Part shown: in pieces, positions 1 through 11,299 of the stretch
Layout: each line of letters opens with the position of its first letter
How positions within the stretch are numbered: the stretch's first letter is position 1
Source: Albugo candida
Lineage: Eukaryota
Assembly (NCBI GenBank): GCA_040437565.1
Contig: JBDOQK010000005.1
Span: 682,001 to 746,000 of the forward strand
Length of the DNA stretch: 64,000 nucleotides
Direction of reading: 5' to 3'
Notes under the pieces: generated by a model
The model's database searches: none
What the model was told of the DNA's origin: nothing
Seen by the model: the letters and a program-made list of their open reading frames with translations, nothing else
Position numbers and translations under genes: made by a program

Positions 1-195
1 CACGAGCAAGTGACATGACCGTGTGGAACCTTCTAGGATGTCTTGGAGCCAGGACAAACGTTTGCGCGCACACCATCTGTTCAAGATTGTACAATTTTTC
101 GTTCGAGATCACGGAAGCTTGACTCTAAAGGACTATCTAAACAAGAAAGAACCAGCCATTTGCTAAAAAACCTAGAGGTAGGTTACGTCTTCTCG

Positions 196-1600
196 TTACT
201 GATGAGAGTGTGCGAGAGATTTTCCTGTGAGAGAATCAATATCTGTGGCAAATACTACACATTCCGATAAGATGACGTTCTCGGCTCTTGATACTTCTGA
301 TACATTTGTTAGAATATTCGCGAAGCACGGGAAGATTTTGATGGCTCGCAATATCGACGTAGACGTATATATTCGCTCCATTTCCTGTCCCGAGCCTCCG
401 TTAGACTGTGGAATAGTTAGCGATCTAATGTGAACCGAGGAATGATCAAGACGCACCGCTACCGCAAAGCGTTTTTCAAACATAAGAGCGTGAATTGTCG
501 TAGGTAGCGATTCCTTTGCTGGGATAGCGCTACCGAAGAGACTTGACATGATAAATGTTTTCCATTGGGCAATTGTCAGACAATTTTCGGACGAAAGGAA
601 ATTCTCTCATTGAAAGCCAGCATCGACTTATAGCATTAACGATCTGCCACAGATATGGATGGATACACAGCATTACTGATCAGTCAGTGATTTGGAAGCC
701 AGCACATAGTCCTCGTTTGGTGCGTACTGATATGCTGCCGCAACTTTTGCGGTCTTCACTAGCTAGGGACTTGACACGCAGTGGGATAGTCCTAGGTTCG
801 ATTACATTAGTATGATAAACATTCGTGGCAGTTTCTCACTATCAGGAAATGCTCAATATCTCGGCGATTTTTCCATCGAATATTAAATTTGATAATATAT
901 TCAGATATACATGGAGCTTCGGTCTATATGCAGAACATTATGCTCCTGTCCATCCACGAAAGGATGGAGCTTTTGTCAATCAATTTCTGACTAAATTTGT
1001 CAAACCTAATGCATCTCGCATCGTTTGTAATCTCTTTTCGAGCAGATTAGGATTCCACCTATTTTTTGCTCCCCCTATAGAGTGATCACATGGCGCATAT
1101 ACCAAAACTTAGAAGTTCCCACACTCCAAGATCCTGGATACTGATAATTACACTTTCTTAATCTGACTTACTAGTAATAGAAGAAGCTATGGAGGCTGAT
1201 CGTTACCTTGATTTTTTTCTGCAGCTTCCCATCGACTATAGGCGTTGGAAGAAACACATCAAGTACTCTCTCGAACAAGCACAAAAAGAAGATCTGGCAG
1301 CAAGAAAGAAGATGGGCGAGGAATGTCTTTGCTGGAATGTTAATGGGTGAAGATTTGGTTCAATTTGAATCAAGAGTCCATGTTTCACTATCATATCAAG
1401 CACATGGGGCAATCTGCAGGAAATTGTTCTCGACCAGTGAATTCGACGTGTCATACTTTGCCATTGGAACAAGCTCTACTTCTAATTGGTCAAGATCGAA
1501 GATTACGATTGATATCTCTCTTCGGTTCACAGATCAGTGGGCTGACTGATGAAGATCCATCGAGTTTAGCTGGGCTTTCCTTGGGTCCTTGTTAAGAATA
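196..1600 (-). mobile_element. Highly degenerate non-LTR (L1/Tx1-like) reverse-transcriptase remnant
   Basis: Minus-strand fragments, broken by stops and frameshifts, resemble LINE RT motifs in the expected order: SPAKLDG (~1570), FGICAM*SLYRGS (~1090), VDGQEHNV..SAY (~940) and RSLTIPQSNGGSG, which is like LTLPKxxGGLG (~400). Boundaries are approximate. Confidence 0.35.
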
Positions 1601-3393
1601 CCAATACAACCTCAATCAACAGCATTAATTCAGTAGCTTTATTGTACGCTTCAATCAAATAGTACAAGCAATCCATAGCATGCGTGGACACACACCACCT
1701 AGATTGAACAGATCGCCACAAGAGTTTTACCAACTCGTCTTGAGTATTTTCAATGATTGTCTGCAAATTGTGTACGACATCAACTTCGTAAAGTCTTATT
1801 TCTGCCATCTCAACATATTTCGTTAATCACGTTGATTAACGAATAAGAATCCTGCCTTGATTCTGGCATCTATCGTGGCATAGCTATAACCTACGTTGAT
1901 TAAAAAAAGACAGCTACCGAAGCCAATCACGTACCGACTTCAGCAGGTGTTTTCGAAATATATTTGGAGCATCGAAGAATCTCTTCGCGTTTTCCATCCA
2001 CCGCCACATCCACTGCATGAGTGATATCCAGAGTATGGTCACTTATTGAGATGACGAGCGTGACCGACCCATTGATTGGTCGTCCATGTTAGCGTTTGTT
2101 CGGAGAAACCTTGTAAATCCGTGTATTCAGCAAACAAAGCTTCTGTAAAACAATGAGACGTTTCGTTGCTTTAAATGTGGCTAGCGACACCGTAAATCAC
2201 TCCTTCTCGAGGTTCGTAATAAGAAGATCTAATCTTCGCACTGCTCTCACTTGTGACGATTGAGCCTCTGATGTTTTTTCGCGGAGGAATAAAGGACCTG
2301 AAATATGTAACAAGCACGTGGCACAGCAAATAATTGATTGTTGTTGACAACTTGACTTTGATATCTTTCTTCGCTCGATGGAATTGAGATGCAGCGTGAG
2401 GTCATTTGACATCCTTGTGATTGATGATGATGAGTAAGGTAGAACCTGTTCAATTCAACTGAACAAATGTCAAGCTTGTCCACATCCATTCGCGAGTGAG
2501 TGATTTCATGATTGGATTGCTAAAAGATCGTTTTCATGGTGCTTTCTGTCAGACTTCCATCTAGCCAGAATAACTGGAGGCTGACACAAGTCATGTTTTA
2601 TCACGATTGTTGTTTTTCACAGCTCATTAGTAGGAGCGGGAGTCAGCACTCGTTCATCTTTTCAAATCGGAATTTTCATACATATAAAATAGCGTGAATT
2701 GCAAGATCCATTTATTGCGACAGAAGAAGGAGATACATCATCCCCTATAGAATATCAGTACAGGCCAATACGGCAGCACCCAGCAACTAGAGTCGGACTG
2801 AAAAGAAGGTAATAATAGGCATTTTTTTATTCAGCCGTAAGCGTAATCTTTAGTCCAATGCTACGTTTTCGATGCCGCTGCGGAAATACTCATAATTCAA
2901 ATTCTCGTTTACAGAGGGCTCTTTCTGCCCTGGTAATTTTGTTTTATCTTCGACCAAGATCGTCCCATATAGCGTGTGCACAAATGCACTCACTTTTTGT
3001 GCGTAAAATCTTTTTGATTGATGCTTGAGACTTTTTCGACCAAGGCACCTCGCACCTACTGTTCCAGCTCTTCGGTAATCTATAACACATACTACACTGG
3101 GACTGCAAATGGATCTAGATCCACTGGATGTGGATCTTTTTTTCAGATTCAGATCCATTCAGCAAATGGAACCAACTCTCAGATCCAGCTCCANNNNNNN
3201 NNNNNNNNNNNNNNNNNNNNNNNNNNNNNNNNNNNNNNNNNNNNNNNNNNNNNNNNNNNNNNNNNNNNNNNNNNNNNNNNNNNNNNNNNNNNNTGTGCGT
3301 AAAATCTTTTTGATTGATGCTTGAGACTTTTTCGACCAAGGCACCTCGCACCTACTGTTCCAGCTCTTCGGTAATCTATAACACATACTACAC

Positions 3394-3552
3394 TGGGACT
3401 GCAAATGGATCTAGATCCACTGGATGTGGATCTTTTTTTCAGATTCAGATCCATTCAGCAAATGGAACCAACTCTCAGATCCAGCTCCATTTAGCAAATG
3501 GATCCAGCTCTCAGATCCAGATCCAGATCCAGTGGATCCATTTGCAGCCCTA
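3394..3552. mobile_element. hAT-type MITE (159 bp) with GATCCA-rich subterminal repeats
   Basis: Left end TGGGACTGCAAATGGATC; right end reverse complement TAGGGCTGCAAATGGATC. Flanks TACTACAC (3386-3393) and TACTTCAC (3553-3560) form an 8-bp TSD with 1 mismatch. The partial copy at ~3098-3193 is gap-flank duplication. Confidence 0.8.
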
Positions 3553-3971
3553 TACTTCACCCATGATACACTTTTTTAGGGGTGCGAATATTGCCACAGA
3601 CAAAACACTTCTGATTGGATAATCGGTAAACCAACATGATTGGTTGATAGGATGGCTGTGTTACTGATTCTACCTAAGATCCATCANNNNNNNNNNNNNN
3701 NNNNNNNNNNNNNNNNNNNNNNNNNNNNNNNNNNNNNNNNNNNNNNNNNNNNNNNNNNNNNNNNNNNNNNNNNNNNNNNNNNNNNNAATCGGTAAACCAA
3801 CATGATTGGTTGATAGGATGGCTGTGTTACTGATTCTACCTAAGATCCATCAGAAATGAGCGATACAATGCAATGTGTTGACGATGAAGCTCCTGTGGAC
3901 GGCTTAACATCGTGCTCACATGATTGTCATTGTTTCTAGGGATTGACGGTTTGGTTTCGTTCTTGAGCAGC

Positions 3972-6900
3972 TGTTGTAGTGCAGTTAGAGAAGGACCTCT
4001 AGAAGAATCTTCAAGGTCGCTTCTTCTAAGTACATGTAAGGCTCATTCCACTTTTCATTTTACCCTATGTGTTGTAGAGTTCTTCCTCTGCGAGTCATTC
4101 ACGTCTACAGGTTATGAGCCCAAATCCGGCTGAGGAGAACGATGCTTTTAACGAGGACAACTACTTCGTATGGGAGTTCAACGCTCGGATGAAGCTCGCC
4201 AAGAAGGGCCTGCTTGAACATATCGACGCGACGAAGACGCCGAGCGGAGAAGATCCCAGCGCGTTACAATGAAAAGTCAATGATATGAAGGCCTTCGCAA
4301 ATGTGTGTACCATGATAAGCCCAATCCATGGTCCGGGGCGCAGGAACGACTGCAGAAGATTAGGAGATTTTGTAGAGTTTTTTCCCCCGCAGGAGCATTC
4401 ACAATCGGGTACAGATGCGTCGACAGCTTCATGAGTTCAAAATGCAGAAGGAAGGAAATGTGATGGAACATTTTCTCAAGTATGATGAGCTGTACATGAC
4501 AATGCAAGCCATCGGTGATGAAATTTTGCGGGATGAGCAGCTCGTGATTTTGCTTGGAAGTTTGTTGAAGAATACGAACAGATCATAAAGTTCATAGAAA
4601 ACATGCAAGACATTGACCTATTTTGAGTCAAGGAGATGCTTCGTCGTGAATACGAAGGCATTGCTTGAAAGGAAACGAGTGAAATTGCTCTGAAGGCAAC
4701 GATAAAAGTCAAGAGCAGGAGAGACTGGTCGACGGAATCAAGAAATAAGTTCTCCGGGAAATGTTTTATTTGCAACAGGTATGGACACAAGAAGCAAGAT
4801 TGATGGAAGAACGCAGACAACAAGAAGAATACCGAAGAGGTGTTTACAATTGGTATACATGGTTCGGATGATTGGATACTTGACAGTGTTGCGAGTAGTC
4901 ACATGTGACCATTTCGAGATGATTCGCTCTTTGGAAAAGTCTGTTGAAATTTCAGTTGCGAATAGAGAGTCAGTGACTGCTGATGGAATTGGAACAATTC
5001 GTGTTGTGCTTAAGAACAAGAAGCCAAATTTAGCATTGAAGATGTCTATACGTACCGAAGCTGGATCTTGGACTTTTTTTCCCTTTTGAGATATTTATCT
5101 TTTTTTTCAATTACTGCATTGTCAACAAAAGGTTTGCATGCGACCTTCAGCAATAAGACATGTGTGATTAAAAATGACGAAAAAGTGGTAGCTCAAGTGG
5201 CCCAAAAGGGTAAGTTGTTTGTGCTGGAACGCGATACGTTGGAATCAGCAAGCACGAGTGAAGAGGCCGGAAATGGAGCTCAACCAATAAGTCAAAATAT
5301 TTGGCATGCACGATTGGGATATTTACCGATCAAGGCCATGAGAAACCTCGAGAAGTGTTGAGGAATTTGAGATAAAAGATTCTTCCTCTGTGCATGATGA
5401 ACACGACGATATATGTGAAGGATGTGTGACTGGGAAGTCGACGGTCAAACCGTTTCCGAAATCAAGCTACGGTGAAGTAAAGAACACATCACTGCTTTAG
5501 ATAGTTCACAATGATGTTATGGTTTCAATGGAGACCAAGTAACAGGGTGGAGTTAGATTTGTGGTAACGTTTCTGAATGATTATTCGCCGTATGTGGTCG
5601 CTTATTTCATAGTTCACAAGTCAGATGTGTTGGAAAACGTTATTAAGTACAAGTCGATGATGGAAAACCAATTGGAGACCACTATTAAGTGTATTGGCAC
5701 CGGTAACGGTTGAGAATATATAACCAAGCGTTTTGCAGAAGTGTGCCGGAAGCTGGGTATCATCCATCATCCATCAACCGTCAGTGCCGAAGTCGCCACA
5801 GCAAGACGGTATGGTAGAACGAGGGACGAAGCCATTAACACCGCGGTGTATGTGACCAATCGAATTCAATGCGCTGCTAGTCCGACCAAAACTCCGTTCG
5901 AAGTGTGTTTTGTAACCAAACCTAACCTATCGCACATGCGATTTTTTGGTGCTCAATGTTTCGGTCACGTTGTAAAGGCAAAAGCGTCATAAGATAGACA
6001 AAAATGCATTTCGATGCATGTTCTTGGGGTATGCACGTGATGTGAAGGGATACAGAGTCTGGAATTATGACTCATAAAGACTGAAGATTACGCGATCGAT
6101 GATATTTCAAGAATTACCTAAGTCCAAATACGTTGGACATAGTGAGTTCACACCATACACGCATCACAATGGCGATGATGATGGCATGACGCAATCACCA
6201 GTTATTCATGCCCGGAGTGACGAAGAACCAATGGTGGTGGATCAGACTGGATATGATCAAATCATTTCGCTCCAAGTGAATTTGGATGTCTACGTCCCAA
6301 CCAAGACCTCGTGGATGCATCTCAACCACTGTTTGAAATTGATGATGTAAGTATAGATACAAGTATATACATTGTGCCCAGGAGGGGGGGGGGCTTTTAT
6401 CAAGTCAATGATCACAATGCCCTGCTCAAAGTAATATGGAGTAACAATTCTCAAACTCTGGTTCCGATAGTAATGTCAGACGAAATCGGGAATACAACCA
6501 GTAATGAATCACTGGAGCATGCAAACAAAAGACACCTTCTCGATTATGAACAAGCCAATGCAGCTCTAGAAACACCGTCAACATATCAAGATGCGATGAA
6601 GTCTCCACAATACAAGATGTGAAGTGAGTCAATTAAGACCGAGCTAGAGGCGTTGCACTCAATGAACACGTGAACCGTGTTGGCGAAACCTCCGAAAAAA
6701 GAGAAATGAACGCGTTGAATTGAGCGCTACGAGGCTCGACTAGGGGCATTAGGTTATCGTCAAACCTATGGAGTTGATTATACTCATCTGTCGCGAATCT
6801 TAATCCGGCTCGTGTCTTCCTGGCAGTATGCTGTCATAACGGTATGACAATACATCAGTATGATATTGATACGGCATTTATCAATGGTGTGTTGAAAGAA

Positions 6901-8003
6901 GATGTGTGTATACATACGCCTCAAAGTGTTGGAATGCGGCCTGATCAAATTCTAGAGCTAAATCGAAGTTTCTACGGACTAATGAAATCTGCTGCTACAT
7001 GGTTCAAGACAATATCACGTGTTTTTGTTGGCATGGTATTTAAAGCATGCGTTTCGGACGCGTGTGTATTTCTTTGTCAAGATGACCAGAGTTCATGGGT
7101 ATACGTCATTTTGTATGGCGATGACATGCTTTTTTTGGGGGTTTTCGACTATCTTGATCAAGAAGGGCGCAGATGAACTATCAAGTCATTTTCAGCTAAA
7201 AAAAACTATGTAAAGTGCGCTTTATACTCGGCATCGAAGTCGAGTACAATATGTGTGTGAAACAGCTCAAGATCAGTCAGAGTGCGTGCATTGCCAGAAT
7301 GGTAGAGAAATTTAACCAAGTCAAGGCAAAACCGGTGTACAATCCAAGTGTGGAAGGTTAGAATCTGGTCAAGTGTGAAGAAAAGGACCCAAGAATGGAG
7401 AATCGTCCGTATCGGTCTCTAGTGAGGTCACTATTGTGCGGGGCTACCGGTTGAGACTAAATATTTCGTTCGCCGTGTGCCAATTAAGTCGTTATTTGAT
7501 GAAGCCAAGTTAATAATACTGGAATGGGGCTATTCGTGTTTTACGCTACTTAAAGGCTACTGAAGTGAATGGAATTTGCTATGAGAGCAAGTCTGGCGAG
7601 CTAATGCTGAGTGCATTCAGTGATGCCGATTTGGGAAGTAACAAAGACAGTCAACGTTCGACGTCAGGAGTGATGGTGATGACCAACAATTCTGCAGTAA
7701 TTTACAAGTGAAAATGCAGCACAATGTCTCTCTAAGTACGGCGGAAGCCGAATATGTGGCACCTTCATCGTGCGTCAAGAAGTGTTGTGGACAAATAGTC
7801 TATTAATGGAGATGAAGATCAGGATTGACGGTCCAGTCAATGTACACGAAGACAATCAAAGTGCAATCGCAATTGCAAAGAACGAAGGACATCAGAATCG
7901 TGTGAAATACATCGATATTCGCTATCATTTTGTACGCGATCATGTTAAGGCCCAGAATGTTTTAACTGGAGTACATTGAGACTCGTCTGCAATTAGCTGA
8001 CTA
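3972..8003 (+). mobile_element. Degenerate Ty1/Copia LTR retrotransposon (5' LTR, PBS, gag-PR-INT-RT-RNaseH with many stops and frameshifts)
   Basis: Putative LTR TGTTGTAG...CTACA at 3972-4109 and PBS GGTTATGAGCCCA at 4110-4122. Gag FNEDNYFVWEFNARMKL; zinc knuckle CFICNRYGHKKQD; protease WILDSVASSHM; IWHARLG; RT QYDIDTAFING...LYGDDM; RNase H SDADLG and EDNQSAIAIAKN...KYIDIRYHFVRDHV. Domain order is Copia-type (INT before RT). Confidence 0.92.
4110..4122 (+). promoter_or_regulatory. Copia primer-binding site (tRNA-iMet half-molecule type)
   Basis: GGTTATGAGCCCA lies directly after the LTR-terminal CA and matches the copia-type GGTTATGGGCCCA PBS. It overlaps the gag ATG at 4114. Confidence 0.75.
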
Positions 8004-9352
8004 TTACGTATACAAAAAGTATACGTTATTTTCCATGTGAGGGTCAAACTATCGCTTCAACCTTGGCAAAGAACCAATTTTCTTAATGATCAAGGAGCCA
8101 CAATAATTCTCATATAATGCTCAAGGCTGACAATGAAGTCTATTAAAAGTCGTTGCTACTTTATTTATATGCAGGAATTGCAGTGTTCGACGAAAATGTG
8201 CGTGGCATTGAGGAGGGTTCACTAGCGAGTTGATCCACCCTTGGGAGCAAGAACAGCAGAAATTCGCGTTGGCATTGACTCTACTAGGCAACGAAGCATC
8301 TCGAGGGATACCTTGCGGTATTCCTCACCAAGTATGATAGCCATTTCTGCTATATTTTTTGGCCTGTTGCGGTTCTGGACGGCATTTTATGATTCTTCCA
8401 AAGGTTTTTTACGGGGTTGAGATCATGACTTCGGGCAGGCCATTCTAGCTTTGCAAGCGACCGCTTTTCACGCCAGGTATTTGCTGCAATACTACGGTGG
8501 ACTGGTGGACCATCCTCCATAAGAATTAGGTCTTTCTTGTCATCCTGGTCGTCCATACATGGTCCAAGTGCAGCGTCATATATCAGATTGACAAAGTCGG
8601 TGGGAATGTGATGTTGGGGTGGCATGATGGCCATCTGTCGAAATCTCTCACCAGCAACAGCACGCCGGATTATCAACGAGGACCGTCCACTCCTAAATGT
8701 TGGCGCCAAATACTCAAAAACACTTAAACACGAACTTTTCATCCACGCAACGCCACACAAGAACCTGACGAGAATTCTTGCCAATATCAAAGGTGGACTC
8801 GTCAGTCCAAATGACCTTCTTCTAGTTCTCTACTGTCCATTTTTTGTATTTCCAAGCAAACTCCAGTCTCTTAACCTTGTGCTTATCTGTCAAAAAGGCT
8901 TCTTGGCGGCAATGCGGCTCTTGAAGCCCATTTCATGGAGGGCGCTATGGATTGTACCTGGCGATGCCGGAGTATCCGTATTGTTCGCGATTTCTGCTAG
9001 TGGCTCCCGCCGGTTCTGCATCACAGTGCGCCCAATAGACCTGCTGTCCCTTTCTGAGAGCTTTGGTGGCCTCCCTCTTAACTTGGGACTCTCCACCGTA
9101 CCCGTTTTACGCCAGTCCTGTAGCACTGTCGAAATGGTTGACTGGGTGAGACCTGTTGGACAGTGATTTCAAGCCTGCCTGATGCAATCCGACAATGTCA
9201 ACTTTCTCCTCAGTGCTTAAACAATGTGTCTTCATATTTCACAAATGGTTTGATGTCGGAAACACAAAGTAATATCGTTGGATAGTCCTCTTTATCTTAT
9301 TTCTTGTTGTATGGATTTTAGAAATATAACGTTTATTCTTTGTAGCCTACAG
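8004..9352 (-). mobile_element. Tc1/mariner DNA transposon with disrupted transposase (9235 to 8222)
   Basis: Motifs MKTHCLSTEEKVDIVGLH, GRPPKLSERDSR, GFKSRIAAKKPF, KVIWTDESTF, LMEDGPPVH, WPARSHDLNPVKNLW (catalytic E replaced by K) and LVESMPTRISAVLAPKGGSTR*. Imperfect TIRs TACAAAAAGTATACGTTAT / TACAAAGAATAAACGTTAT, with TA on both sides. Confidence 0.88.
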
Positions 9353-9438
9353 TACATGTCTAGGTTTTAAGGTTAATTCCACTTTTCTAAACCCCATGTG
9401 TTGTAGAGCACTCCCTCTGCGAGTCATTCACGTCTACA
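9353..9438 (+). repeat. 3' part of a Copia LTR
   Basis: Aligns to 4031-4109 (TACATG...TTCCACTTTTC...ATGTGTTGTAGAG...CCTCTGCGAGTCATTCACGTCTACA). Confidence 0.85.
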
Positions 9439-11299
9439 CGATGTTCTTTAGATCGGAAATTTGATACACAAACAAAACGATTACTGCTCATGAAATACCA
9501 ACCTGAATTAAAGGAGGCCACGGCCCTGTTTTTTATCTCTGCATCTACGATTCGGGTCTTCTTCAGACAGACGGCATCAAAACATCTTCCGAAGCTGTGT
9601 ATTTTTTGCTCCATGACTTCTACTTGCTTACTTCACTGTGTGGCACCACCTTTTTGAAAATACATCCGTCTAAAAAAGCTCACCTGTTCGTTTCACATGA
9701 AAGACGTGAGCTGTTTGCACATCGTTCTACGACCGAAAAGGTCAATGTAACAGGGTTACACGTCGGTTAGTAACTGTTGTGCAGTAAGGTACACATTTGG
9801 GACGCTTTGTTATTCGCTTTGTCAGCCACCGGACATTAGTGCCTATATCAGGTATGTTTGGACTAAGGTACTCTTCTATAAAAATAAAGTTAGTTTCCCT
9901 TTTGATCAACTAGAGACACCTGCCTGGTTAAGCCGTCTCTGATCTTGTACACTTTGTTTTAGCGATCCCCTGAAATCGTTAGGTACCTTGAACAAGGACC
10001 TGAAGCTCTTAAGCTTGTTGACTCATTGAGTCGAGTTCTGTTAAGAGTTAAATTGCTCGTCGAGCAGATAGCCTTCCTCTGGCGAAGAGCTATAGCAGCT
10101 CCGCTACAGTCAAGGAGTATAATAACAGTCACTTTTGCGAGAAATCGCCAGGAAAATGGGTTGGAACTTCACAAGCGTACAGAGAAAGGTGATCGCCCGG
10201 TTTTAGCAGAGAGTCGAGCAATTTGAACGATAGCCGTGTCTGATGTCTCCAACCGACGTNNNNNNNNNNNNNNNNNNNNNNNNNNNNNNNNNNNNNNNNN
10301 NNNNNNNNNNNNNNNNNNNNNNNNNNNNNNNNNNNNNNNNNNNNNNNNNNNNNNNNNNNAGGTATGTTTGGACTAAGGTACTCTTCTATAAAAATAAAGT
10401 TAGTTTCCCTTTTGATCAACTAGAGACACCTGCCTGGTTAAGCCGTCTCTGATCTTGTACACTTTGTTTTAGCGATCCCCTGAAATCGTTAGGTACCTTG
10501 AACAAGGACCTGAAGCTCTTAAGCTTGTTGACTCATTGAGTCGAGTTCTGTTAAGAGTTAAATTGCTCGTCGAGCAGATAGCCTTCCTCTGGCGAAGAGC
10601 TATAGCAGCTCCGCTACAGTCAAGGAGTATAATAACAGTCACTTTTGCGAGAAATCGCCAGGAAAATGGGTTGGAACTTCACAAGCGTACAGAGAAAGGT
10701 GATCGCCCGGTTTTAGCAGAGAGTCGAGCAATTTGAACGATAGCCGTGTCTGATGTCTCCAACCGACGTGCATAAATACGTCGACGGGAAAAAGTTGGCG
10801 CCAGTGTACGGAACAATTTTTGTGTTAATGCAGCTTCTAACGTCATAAAGGCTGAGTACAAGACTGACGTTGGAGAAATGTACTGATTTCAATCAGCGGC
10901 CAGTTTTCTGATGGCGCTTCGTGGCGAAGTATGTTTGTTTCGATGTCTAGGCTATCTTGAATAACAAATATACACATTGGAAATGTTCATTACGACTGTT
11001 CGTATATCTAGTACGAAAAAAAAATGTTCTTGACGTGACCATATTCAACACCGGTGTTTTTATGAATATTTCGACTTTGTTCGAGAAATTTTATAATGTA
11101 TCTTAAGTAAAACGAGCAATGTAGCCACTCTATCGACCGATCATATTAGTTTACACCGACTAAACAATCAGTGATGTTCTGTCTGTGGCAATAACAACAA
11201 CGTAAGTGGCAATAGTCGCACCCTTTTTGTAAAGGAAGTGCTAAAATCGCGAGAAGCTTGTGAACTTGCACCACTTATTAAAGCCCTTCCAGCATTTTA

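Noticed and set aside
3410-3545. GATCCA repeats as a CRISPR array or coding repeat
   Set aside because: No repeat-spacer structure. They are subterminal repeats of a TIR/TSD-bounded MITE in eukaryotic DNA.
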